DNA of 64,000 nucleotides from Lama guanicoe (Eukaryota). This document shows, one piece after another, positions 1-11,259 of the stretch (the stretch's first letter is position 1; each line of letters starts with the position of its first letter). The stretch spans positions 1,550,001 through 1,614,000 of the forward strand of contig MU053304.1 in assembly GCA_013239625.1 (NCBI GenBank). Reading direction: 5' to 3'. The translations under genes were made by a program, and so were the position numbers. Under the pieces are notes generated by a model that was not told the DNA's origin, searched no databases, and worked only from the letters and a program-made list of their open reading frames with translations.

Positions 1-296
1 TGCCACTGTCCTGGCTTCGTTTGAGAGCAGTATTGCCTTTCCGTGTGGGGAGAGGCAATGCTGGCAGGTGTTAAAGACCACATACATCTCAGAGAGAACA
101 GTGTCCTTCAAAGTCCGTCTATTAAATCACTGGGAAAAATGCCCTTATAAAAACTGTCCTCTCTCGCCAGCCACTAAGACTAGGGTTTTAGATATAGCGT
201 TTAAAACAAAGACAAAGAATGGAAGCTTTTCAACCTACCTACTTCTTTCTAAGGTGAAAATAAGGTACCTAAAAGCTTCCGGAATGCTCACAGATA

Positions 297-701
297 CAGG
301 TCTCCCCTGCTTTTCGGAAGCGCTTTCCACCACTTCGCTTTTACGTAAGACCTACATTACTACCTGTTTCTCTCACCGGAAGAAACCCAAAGAGGCTATT
401 CGCTTTTATGAAAACGGGTGAAACGCATTCAGTGTTTGTTTTTGCAGTAAATCGTTACAGGGGCAGTGCAAGCCCCCAGCAGCAAGAGTGGCGCCACCAA
501 GCTCCTTCCCGGGAACCACACGGCATCTCAGCATCAAGTCGCAGTAGCTTTGAACTGTGTCTGTGAGCATCTGTGCTTGATCTCGGTATATTTTGTGCAT
601 CCATGAACAAGATGTGTACTAAGGTGATTGCTTCTGTGCTTTATGCCATTTCAATTAAGGTTTCATAGAACGCTCTGCTTTTGGATAGAGGGGGGAACCT
701 G
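297..701. mobile_element. Non-autonomous TcMar-Tigger DNA transposon (MER82-like)
   Basis: Imperfect TIRs caggtctcccctgcttttcggaag and cttttggatagagggggggaacctg, flanked by TA at 295-296 and 702-703. Subfamily name from memory. Confidence 0.75.
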
Positions 702-1571
702 TAAATGGGTTTTAAGCACAAGAATATGACTAGAATTCAGAAATTGCTACAGGGAGCTATTGCTCTACCAATGTAAAACAGAGGCAGGCTCTAATTTCAA
801 ATATGCTTAGTACGGTTAAAGAAATACAGTTTATATTTTTATTAAAAAATCCAGCAGCTAGGGAGTACCATTTCTAAATCTTCCTCTAAGAAGAGCATTT
901 GCCATTAATCCAAATTCGGTATTAATCCAGTTATAAACTGAATCTTGAGACACAACCTTAATAAATAATATTAATAATTTCTTTAGTGAAAGTCGTATTT
1001 GTGCACACGACCATTGAATCAAGGGCTATGATTCAAGCACTTTTATTTATTTCATTGGCCTCAGTTTATGAGCATGATCTGGGGCCAAGAGAAATCTTTT
1101 TTCTGAGTTTCTCCTGCCCAGTAAATAAAATAGAGAATGAATTGCTGGTTGACATGCAAAGTTGGTGGTTAAATCATTTGTAAAGCATGTTAACTAGTCC
1201 AAAATACAAGACTATCAAGTTGTGATGGTAATAAACGAAATGCCCTTGGTCCAAATGTCTGTGCACTTGACAGTGGAGCAGTGGTGAAAAACAGCCCTTC
1301 TCCAGTGCCTCTTGCTGTTATATGGACAATTCATTTGCCTGAGCTCAGCACAGTTTTTAAAAATCGTCCTCTTGATTGATTTCATACTGAAAATAACTAT
1401 GATCCATGACATCAAATAATGCTCTTCCTTTATCTGAGATTTCTATTTTTCTAAGCCAAACATTTTTCAGACTGCAGAATGTTCTTCCCAGAACCATTTT
1501 GAAATTTCTGACTGTCTTACTTGTTTACACATATTTTAGAACTATTTAAATTTCCACTCACAATTTGCTCA

Positions 1572-1572
<1 letters not shown>

Positions 1573-1618
<46 letters not shown>
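1573..1618 (+). repeat. (CA)23 microsatellite
   Basis: Perfect CA repeat. Confidence 0.97.
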
Positions 1619-1620
<2 letters not shown>

Positions 1621-4619
1621 TACTTCAATATCATTGCCAGCGTCTTGGGTCAAATTTATCTAAAGTGAGTACAGACTATTCTCAATTATCCTCAGTAATT
1701 AGAGGCAGTCATGACACTAGTAATTGGAGTCACAGAATGTTACCCACGCCTAATTTTAGCCAGCAGTTTCAGTCTTTTATTCCATCAAATCCTTTAGGGC
1801 TGTTAACAGGTGATTACATGGACACATTACCTTTTTTGTTTCATCACCATTATTTTCTGCTCTAATGTCTACGGGGAGGGGATGTGTAATGAAAGGAACC
1901 ACCAAAATAACAATAATAATAAAAGGCAGCTAATGGAAAAGAGAAACAAAAGCATGGCTAATACACACACGCAGTATTACCTCCAATGATTAGAGAATTT
2001 CCTGTAAATTATTATAGATAATAAATTGCATGTCAAACTCTGTTTGGTCCACACAACAACCTGTTTGTTATGACTGCTTTGGCTCCTGTAAAGAATCCAG
2101 CTCTCTGTTTTGATAAAGGTAATCTTAAAAGCTGAGGCAATGCTCTCTCTCTGTTTACCATCAAATTAGGAATGATTGGATTGAAAAACATGTTGTCTGT
2201 TTGAAAACCGACATTATTTCCTTACTTTCATTTGCCAACAATACCAAATTAACGAGAGGAGGTGTTAAATATCTGGAATGGTGCTATGCAGCCAATGTGT
2301 TCTGATGCTCGCACTGCGAGTTGTGCATCATAAATGTAAACGTTTTGTCCAACGATCTGGCTTTAGTTAAATATCCAAGTTAGACCTGCTCATGTTCAGT
2401 CTGTACAGTTGTTTGTTGATTTACCGTATTCCTGGAAGTGGTGATTTCTACCAAATCAGAAGCCCCTATTTTACAAAAACAAAGTAAAACCCACTTGCAA
2501 TATGTGTGTTGTCAACAGGAAAAAAAAAAAAAGAGAATGCTTATAAAGAATTACAGCAAGTACAATAATAGTTCCTGTTTAAAATATTATTTACAGTTCT
2601 TTGGAGATATTATAAAGGGTTGATTGTATATTTATATCACATGCATTTTAGGTTTCCCCTCATGTGTCCAAATAATTTCTATTTACATACAACTAAATAA
2701 AATTTGTCCTCTTTAAAGATGGTCAGTGAATTTTTGTACAAACTCTTTATTTTCTTAGCCTTAAGAGGAAAACTCCTAAAAAGTAACTGATAATTACCTA
2801 TTTGGCTCTTGCCCCTGGAAGAATTTCCCTCTGGGTGTGATCATGAAACCACCTGGAGAGAATCACCTATCATGATTGTTAGAAGGGCCAAGTTTAGACG
2901 TAAAATTTTAAATGCACACCTCTTTTAATCCAGCAGCTGCATTTCAAATATTTTTTCCTATGTATGAGCAAAGACAAATGAATAAGGATTTTTTAATTTA
3001 TAGTTTGTTATATAAAAGACTGGAAATAATTGAAATGTCCATCAATGGGAACTGTTAAAGTATGGTATTTATGCAACTGTTAAAAAAAAAAAAGACAGAT
3101 CTGTATGTAAAATTAGAAAACGGTTTCCAAGATATATTGCTAAAAGAAAAAAAGCAAGTTAAAATATGCTTAATGTCCTCCCAATTATGTTTTTGCTAAC
3201 TACAAAAAAGGTTATTCACGTGGCTTGTATATGTATAGGACATTTCTGGACAGAAACACAAGAAAACTAACAGTGTTTGGCTCTGGGGAAGGAAAGTTTG
3301 GGCTTGGGGGTGGGCCTGATTTTTTTTCCTTAAGCGCATGATGGTTTTTCAACTTAATACTTGTATCCAAAATTATTTTAAATGCAAATTCCTGGGGCTA
3401 CTTAAAACCTAATGAACTGGAATCTTGGGGGATGGGGTCAATAGATCTGCCTGGTAGATAAGCTTATCAGTTGATCCCTATGCTTACTAAAACTGGAGAC
3501 CAACTCTCAGCATACTTTAAGAGAAGAACGTTCCACTGGATTTCAAATGCGCGTCCTGACTCCCTCACATTGATTATTTCCTTTTATATGATATTCTGGT
3601 CAATTACTGTCTATGGAGCACTCATGGTATGTAGTATTTTCATTTCACTAAGTCTGCCTCTATAGTCCTTTTCCATTCAACAAGTGTAAACTGGGCTTCT
3701 AGTAGAACAAGGCAGGTGGATGCAAAGTGCCTGCCCTTGGGTGGCCTGCAGAGGAAGTGATGCAATAACAAAATTAAGGAAAATTAGACTCATAACCTAT
3801 TTAAATGAAACTGTAATTAATAATATAAAAGACAGAGAGAGGCTCAATAAAGCGATTGAAGAACTATCCCTAGGTATGTCTTCTTGTCAAATGAAAGATA
3901 CAGACTACAAGTGCTAAACTTACAATTCGCAAACTCTTAGGTCTCAGGTCCCTGTTATAGTCCTAAAAACCAATGAAGACTCAAAAAGCTTTTGTTTTTA
4001 TAGGCTATAATTTATTGATATTTACCACATTAGAAAGCAAAGCTGGGAAAATTTTAAGATATTTATGTATTACTTCATTTTAAAATATAATGAGCCTACT
4101 ATGTTCATATAAATAACACATTTTTTGGAAAAGTAACTGTATTTCCCCCAAAAAAAAATTTTTAGTAAGTATAGTGGCATTGTCTTACATTTTTGCAAAT
4201 TTCTTTAACATCTGGCTTAATAGAAGACAGCTGGGTTCTAAAGTTTGCTGCTGCATTCAATCTGTTGTGATATATGGTTTTGATTAATATATGTGAAGGA
4301 AATTCAGCCTCATACCAATAAGTAGTTGGAAAGGGGAGGAGTATTTTAATAGTCTTTTCAGGTAATTGTAGATTTTTTTCAATTCCACACCAAAACTCAG
4401 TAAGTTGTATTTCCTAAAGGTTAGTTGCAATGTAGGATCTGACACAGTATCAATGAACTTTTTGTAAAACGTTATGTTAAAAGCCTGTCTTGCACTTTGA
4501 ACGGCTCTTTTGCCCATGTATGATTTTGTAACATAATGCTTTAGTCATTTGGAAAATACTGATCTATTGAGTTTGGTAGATCTTTCAAATGTTCTCATAT
4601 TTCAAACAATAATTTTAAA

Positions 4620-4797
4620 AATGATTTTACAGTTCTATTTATATGAAATATCCAGAATAGGCATATCCATAGATAGTATATTAGTGGTTGCCAAGGGATA
4701 GGAGGGAGGGAGATAGGTCGTGACTGCTGCTGGGCACATGGTATCTTTTGGGGGTGACAAAAATGTTCTGGAATTAGATAATGGTGATGGTTACACG
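4620..4797 (+). mobile_element. Ancient L1 (L1MB-like) 3' fragment inside Charlie1
   Basis: atatgaaatatccagaataggc...ttagtggttgccaaggg...aaatgttctggaattagataatggtgatggttac is typical L1M 3' UTR sequence. Confidence 0.7.
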
Positions 4798-4866
4798 AGC
4801 GCTTTTCCTCAAGACTCCACTGGACTCTGATTTACAGCTGGTCTGCTTTTTGCACACTTCCCATTT

Positions 4867-5475
4867 TGAAACTGAATAGGACCCTGAAGGGCCTTCCTGG
4901 TGACAGGAACCCCCAACCCCCACACCTTCTGCCTCTTGTTTGTAGAAAAGCTTTCCAAAGAGTACATTTAATCAGAGAAGTAAAAAAAAAAAAATGCAGA
5001 AACAAAGGAAGGCAGCCAAGCAAGACAAAAATAATAATAGTTTAGCCATAAAAAAAAAAAAGTCAAGGACCTTTAATTCTTCCTCGAGGGCTATAATTTC
5101 CTTAGCCATATCCTTGAGTTGTTTTGCAGATACTAAAATCCTTACCAGGTGGAGGAAGTTTGCATGCTGTCAGCACGTAGATTGTAGATTGGTTGGAACC
5201 AGAAGGTGAATGACTGAGATTCCCAAAACATCATCCTGTCACCTCAACCAGAGAATTGTGCAGAAGCTAGTCATACACTCTGTGACCCTCTCACTCACAC
5301 TGTCTTTAAAAACCCTTCCCTGAAAGCCATCAGAGAATTCTGGTCTTTTGAGCATGAGTTGCCTGTCCTCCTTGCTTGGTGCTGCAACAAACGCTGTACT
5401 TTCCTTCACAACTGACATCACTAGACTAGCTTTGCTGCATGTTGGCAGAGCGGACTCTAGTTTAGTTTGGTAACA
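4867..5475 (+). mobile_element. ERV1-type solo LTR
   Basis: Starts TG and ends ggtaaCA, with exact 4-bp TSD ATTT (4863-4866, 5476-5479). TATA-like tttaaaa and a decayed poly(A) signal (caacaaac). Confidence 0.85.
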
Positions 5476-7087
5476 ATTTTGTTGCAAGGGATGTTTAAAA
5501 GATGTGGATTCAAGGGTGAAGACTTAGTAAAAGTTGATCATTTTTACTGTTTTATCAAGGATCTTAAGTGTGCCTGGCCAGTATTTGACTGCAAGCACAT
5601 GGCAATGAAATACATTTTGGTGGCGCTGCTTTGACGGCCACCATTGCTGCTGCACCATCAATGCAAATGAGTCAACACAGTTGCTCCAGGATCAACCAAG
5701 AGAATGAAGTTATTCAGTATTTTGAATGTTTCAGCATCCCTTGTGTTTGCTTCCAAGCATTCACATAAAAGATCTTTGTCTAGATGGTGTGATGAACACA
5801 GCAGAACGATGAGTCCAGCCACATCTATTGATCTGTCCATTTGTAAGACAAAAGTACAATTCTGCAGAGAAGATATCGACTCAGCCTGTTTGCAGCTAAA
5901 TCTTTAATTTGACAAGCTACTGTATCATGAGAAAGTGGCGCTGCTGTGATTCCCTCTGCTGACTCTCCATCCGGCTGGCATTCAGCAATGTCAGCTGTAA
6001 GGCTTCCTTCTCCCTCTCCAGGCACAGTCACCTACCCTGCAGGGTACTCCAATGGCTTTTGCCTTTCTGGTTTGAAAAGCTATAATGACCAATTTTGGGC
6101 TTTTAATGACCTCATCACATCTCCATTTAAAATATTCAAATCGTTTTTCTTTAAATTTTGAATGATTTCTCTTAAAATGGTGCCACAACTTACATGGTAC
6201 CAAAAAGGTAAAATTGTAACATTATAAAGCCAAGGAATAGATAGCTTTTGAGTCCTATTTTGTTTCATATTTATACTTTTTTTTTAGTAGATTTCAGTTT
6301 CGTCTTTTTCAGATTAGATGGTGCAGCTGTGAGCTAAGAAAGTGAGATTTCTCATCTCCCTTTTTGAAAGCTAATGATGCATCCTTAAATATAACAATGA
6401 ATGGAGTGTGGCTTATGTGGACTGGGGGTTGACAAAGCCGAGATGTTGGGAGAACAGGGGTGGGGGAGAGAATGCTGATGGTGAATTGCAAAGACTGAGG
6501 AGCAGCTGCATCATCATCTCCAAAGGGGAAACTGAGTCAGGGCAGAGCGCAGATCCCTGGCAGTGTTGAAAGATGCTACAGATGGACTGTGTGGACCTCT
6601 AACAGTGAAAAGCAAAAAGGGTCAGGCTGAGGGTCTCAAATTGGCACTGGGGAGCCTCTTCCATTGTCAGGTGAAGTGAAAAGAGTTTAAGTTCATTGGG
6701 AGGGACTGGGCCCCAGTGGAGGAAAGTGTCAGGAAGAGAGAGGACTGAGTCTGGGAAAGGACCAGTGAGCCATGTTTCATTTCTTTACTCAATGCTTTAC
6801 CTGGGTTTCCCTAAGAGTGTGTGAGGGCCTTGAAGAACATACTCCTTAGTATTTAAGTAAATCTATGATACTTGTTTATAGAAAAACGGGCTGATAATTT
6901 AATTCATCAAAAGCATGGTATATTCTCTGCACAACTAAATTAGTATGGTCTTATGCTCAAGGCTCCCCCCTTAGAGTTCAAATGTTACCACGGGCAAGTG
7001 CCATCACATTTTCAAGTTCCACTGGCCAAACATGGTTTCGCTCTGAAAGGAGGTGGTGTGGCATCTGTGGTTCAGAACATAGACTCA

Positions 7088-7217
7088 GGGGGGAGGGTTA
7101 GATCAAGTGGCAGAGCGCATGCCTAGCAGGCATGAGGTCCTGGGTTCAATCCCCAGTATCTCCTCTAAAAATAAATAAATAACCCTTATTACCTTCCCCC
7201 AAGAACAACAAAAATAG
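7088..7217 (+). mobile_element. tRNA-derived SINE (Vic-1-like, camelid)
   Basis: A-box-like and B-box (ggttcaatcc) motifs, A-rich tail; 15-bp TSD cagaaca(t/c)agactca at 7073-7087 and 7218-7232. Confidence 0.9.
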
Positions 7218-10049
7218 CAGAACACAGACTCAGCAGGCATAGTTTTGGATCTCAGCTTTACCACTTATTAGTTACAAAACCCCGGGGAAATGAACTTGCC
7301 CTCTCTGAGGATGATTTAGGCTTTGCAGAACATGCAGTCTATCTGTCGACTCTATCACTGCCTGTCATAAAGCATGGCCTAATCAAACTTTATAGACCTA
7401 TGCCGTAGTTTACAGACCCCGATCTCTAAGACAGAAATAATATCATTTACCTTCGAGGGCTGCTATAAGAATTAAATCGGTTACCGCCTGTTTATTTCTT
7501 GGGGCTCAGCAGACACGCGATCAGTGCAAGCTGCTGTTACTGTTACTGGTCCTGAGGTTATTCCAGCTCAGACTGTGACTGTGATCCGTGGCTCTCAGGC
7601 TTCCAGGACAGGCAGAACAGGCTCCCCAGCTGAAAACAGCTTTTCTGAATGGAGGTCTATGCTCGAGGGAATGTGACTAACGGGGAGTCAGGCCTCTGTA
7701 GCTCCCGCCCCTAAGGGTTCCACGTTGCAAAGGCCACAGAATGTTACCCCAGTGTGCAGATGATCTCATTTCAAAACAATAAGTCGGTAAAGCTAAGACA
7801 TTGATTTTACTTTGTACAATGAACCTATTACCTAATCGTATGTTTTTTAACTGCAGGCACACAATTTTCTTTGGTGGTACCTTGTCTACTTAACATTTTG
7901 ACATCCAACCCAAGACATCCATTTCAAGTTGAAGCCAACTGTTTAGAGTTGAAAAGCTTGGATCCTCTCTCACACCGTCTCATACCTCAACACAAACTAA
8001 AGATAGAGGTCATTACACTAAAGCTCAGAGCAGAAAACTATGCGGCACTGATGGTTTATGCAAGATCGTTTGATATTAGTCTTCAGCATCTTGGGAGTTG
8101 GTTTGGGTAATAAACAAGGACCAATGACCATCTTGTACACAAGCAGCTTGGAAAACAGTAACAAGTTGTGACCAGGGATTTGTCCCTATCCCTGCTTCCC
8201 ACCCCTCCCCCAAATATAATCTCAGCCTAAATTCCTGGCCCTACTTGGTGAAATAAAACATTGCAGATTCCATATAACAGAGGTTTAATGCACATACTCT
8301 GCCAACCTGTTCAAGAAAAAAAGCAGTAATAGAAGTTGACATTAAGTAAAATATTTTTAGCTTATAAATTAAACATTCACATTTGCTACTGTTAATAATT
8401 TTTTCTTATAACACTAAACATATAAATTATCAGAAAATGTCAGTATTTTACTTTTACAGTTACAACAGTGAATAAAAACGGAGTAGAAACACTTTTGACT
8501 AAAAAGATGAGAAAAGGCAAAACTATAAAATGTTGTGACATTTCTCTCGGAAACGGTGTGTCATCGACAGAGCAGATTTACCCATCCCCAGGAAAGCTGT
8601 CAGCAGAGGCAGAGAGGCAAACCATCGTTGCCTTCCACCCAGTGGATCCTCGTGCGGGTGCTAACGTGGGATCTGAGTGGGAGAGGGGCACATGTTCCAC
8701 CCCTGAGGAGGCTGGTGCCTGGCAGGATTTTAGGTTTCTGATATTGTTCCTATTTTGGCAAAAATAATTATAATCAGGTAATGAGGCACTCAAACTATAA
8801 GGGCAAATAATTACTGAGATAATCTAATAACCTATGTTGTTTAATTACTACCTAATAATAGCCAACATAGTAATTAAGCTCATTTTTAATAATTTAGCTA
8901 GTATCTATTTTTATAGTATAATCTTTTTATAGAGACAGTAAGAGTTTTCAAATGGCCATATTTGTGTTCTTACTGATTCATGTTGATTCTAGATTATTAG
9001 GCACACCCGTAAGCTTCCAGAACGCCGTTGATAAAACATTATACATGAAATTTTTAAGCTGTTGACATTTTGCATCCATGTTATAAATGGGTTGTAATTC
9101 GATACTTTTGCAGTTACGTTGCCATACCACGTTGCGGGTACACACAATTGCTGTATACACATGGTATTAACCTATATTCTGTTGCTGAAAACCTGGCTGG
9201 GAGTGAAGTCTGGAGCTTCAGGGAGAAACAAGGCAGCAGAAGCCGCACAGGAGCATGGGCCCTCTGCCTGCCTGCCAGCCAGCCACCCTGCCCTGCCCTG
9301 CCCTGGCCCTGGCTGATTGGCTCCTAGACAGAGAAGGAGGCCTGGGTCTCTCGCCAATTAAATCTTTGCTCTGTGCTTGGACTAAATCCAGATAGAACTT
9401 AACGGGCTCCTCATCGGCCAGGAAGCAGATTGCGTTTGATTTCACAGATGTCCCTGGAAATCCAAGACTGAGTGTTAAAGAGTGTGTGGATGGCGGTTAA
9501 AATCTGGTTTGATACTAACACAGGTTTAGTAAAAAAAAAGAAAAAAAGAGTCTGTCACTGAGCCATGGCTATAGAGCTGTTCCAGCAGGAGTGAGGAGGG
9601 AGAGCAGCCAGGGCCCACCTCTTCCCCACTGTTCGGGGGTCCTCGGGTCCCCGGGGCGTGGTGGAGCAGGGGGAGGGGCAGTGCAGGGGGAGGGGGAGGG
9701 AAGGAGTGGGATGGGGGCGGCAGGATGTTATTTTTCCGGGCGGCAAACTGGAAATTGCAGGGAAGAAGCGCTGATAGGGTCGGTCAGGTGATGGGAGGTT
9801 GAGCGCTGCTTTGCTCTGTAGCCTAAAGGAGTCGTTAGACTATTCGCTGCCATGAGTTCATTGTCTGGAGGTACTTAATTGCCATGAAGGTGCAGGAAGA
9901 AGACAATTTTTAAATAACTCATCTCAGGGAGGTAGAATTTCCTCCCCTAAAACTACTGCTTTTGCCCCTCTGCCAACTTAACAGAACACAAACCATACTT
10001 GGGTTTTCACAGTTACCCACAGCCTGTATGCTTAAAAACTGCTGTTATA

Positions 10050-10330
10050 CTTGTATGTGGAACCTCAAAAAAACCACCAACTAGTGAATATAACCAAAAA
10101 AGCAGCAGACTCACAGATACAGAGAACAAACCAGTGGATCCCAGTGGGGAGAGGGGAGGGGGAGGGCCAGCATGGGAGGGAGTGGGCGGCACAAACTGTC
10201 GGGTGCAAGACAGGCTCAAGGATGTATTGGACCACATGGGGAATATAGCCCATATTTTGTAATAACTGTAAGTGGAAAGTTACAATTTGAAACCTGTATA
10301 AAATTTTTTAATTAAATTAAAAAAATATAA
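10050..10330 (+). mobile_element. 5'-truncated L1 3' end (laurasiatherian type)
   Basis: aaaaagcagcagactcacagatacagagaacaaaccagtgg...gggaatatagcccatattttgtaataactgta followed by an A-rich tail. Confidence 0.8.
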
Positions 10331-10759
10331 ATCACCCCTCCACCAAAAAAAATCCCTCTTATAAAAGTGGTAACTGTCCACATTCCTCAGAGGAAGCGGC
10401 ACCCCTCTAAGAAGGGTTCATAGGGTTATTTGACAACGGGAAGTCCTGGGAAGTCGGACTCTGCAAAGGCCTTCAAGGAGAACGTCTTGACCTCTCTCCA
10501 GCAGTGCTGCAGGCCCAGGTCAGAGGTGGTCCACACTAAGGGGATGGAGCCTGGCATCCCAGGCTCACAAGATGGGGACCCTGAATACTAACCTCGGACA
10601 GCAGACTTGGGAAGGCAGCTGCGTTCAGCGGGAGTGCCTCCCACAGTTCCCTGCGGGGACACACAGTGTGTACTCGGGGACAGACTCTGATGATACAACA
10701 CTAGGAAAAACTTCACAAGCCCGGTTCCCCTTTCCCACACCTAGATAAAAACATTTGTA

Positions 10760-11070
10760 ATAAAACCTGCTAAGCATCATTTATTGTTTGTTTCTACACA
10801 GCAGAAGCCTCTATTCTTATGGGCATCAGGGCAGGGGGCTTCCTGTCCTGCAGCCCTTGTGCTGGGACCACGACCTGAGCCTCACCGTGGCAGGGTCTGT
10901 GGCTCCGGCAAGGCACTGCAGAGGTGGGCTAGCTGCGTTTGTGTGCAACTACTCTATGGCTCCTTGAATCAGCAAAACCTCAGTTCTCAATCAAAGGAAG
11001 CAGAAGAGTTTGGACGCAGAAGGGAAGCGCAGCCGCGCCTGGGGTGCCCGGCGGGGAGGAGCGCGTGTCC
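10760..11070 (-). terminator. FBXO36: FBXO36 3' UTR with candidate poly(A) signal AATAAA at 10780-10785
   Basis: First minus-strand AATAAA I found after the stop codon (plus strand tttatt), followed on the minus strand by U-rich sequence (ggttttattacaaatgtttttat). The cleavage site is inferred. Confidence 0.6.
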
Positions 11071-11259
11071 CTACGGCTGACTGCTCCTCTGGCTTTCGTG
11101 TCTTTGTTTCCTCCTGCGGAGGTGCCGCTGGAGCTGCAGCTTGTTGGTGAAGAACATCTGTCTCCAGCCCAGATCCTTGGCCAAGGCGCGCATATCGGGG
11201 GTGATGTGGTCACAGGTCGACTGGACTATCTGCTCCCACAGATTGTCAGACCTGCACAG
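11071..11259 (-). CDS. FBXO36: F-box only protein 36, terminal coding exon 4 (62 aa + TAG)
   Basis: Minus strand ctttccccccgcag|CTG TGC AGG...CAG CCG TAG gives LCRSDNLWEQIVQSTCDHITPDMRALAKDLGWRQMFFTNKLQLQRHLRRRKQRHESQRSSQP*, matching the FBXO36 C-terminus. Stop codon at 11071-11073. Confidence 0.96.
   Translation of the reverse strand: MCRSDNLWEQIVQSTCDHITPDMRALAKDLGWRQMFFTNKLQLQRHLRRRKQRHESQRSSQP

Larger units (their letters stand above)
3925..6300 (-). mobile_element. hAT-Charlie (Charlie1-like) DNA transposon fossil with decayed transposase, interrupted by an L1 piece and an LTR
   Basis: Minus-strand peptides resemble Charlie/Buster (ZBED5-family) transposase motifs: MVPCKLWHHFKRNHSKFKEK (~6200), PLSHDTVACQIKDLAA and LQMDRSIDVAGL (~5950-5800), LDKTVKMINF...CNKMGSV (across the LTR), and the C-terminal dimerisation region (~4300-4450). 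Multiple stops and frameshifts. Confidence 0.85.

Noticed and set aside
5600..6210. Domesticated ZBED/Buster-like gene
   Set aside because: Frameshifts, stops and insertions break the transposase frame.
1..10700. SLC16A14 exons, expected as the convergent neighbour from human synteny
   Set aside because: No MCT14-like peptide (such as GWIYDITQKYDFSF) was found by eye; the gene probably ends before this window.
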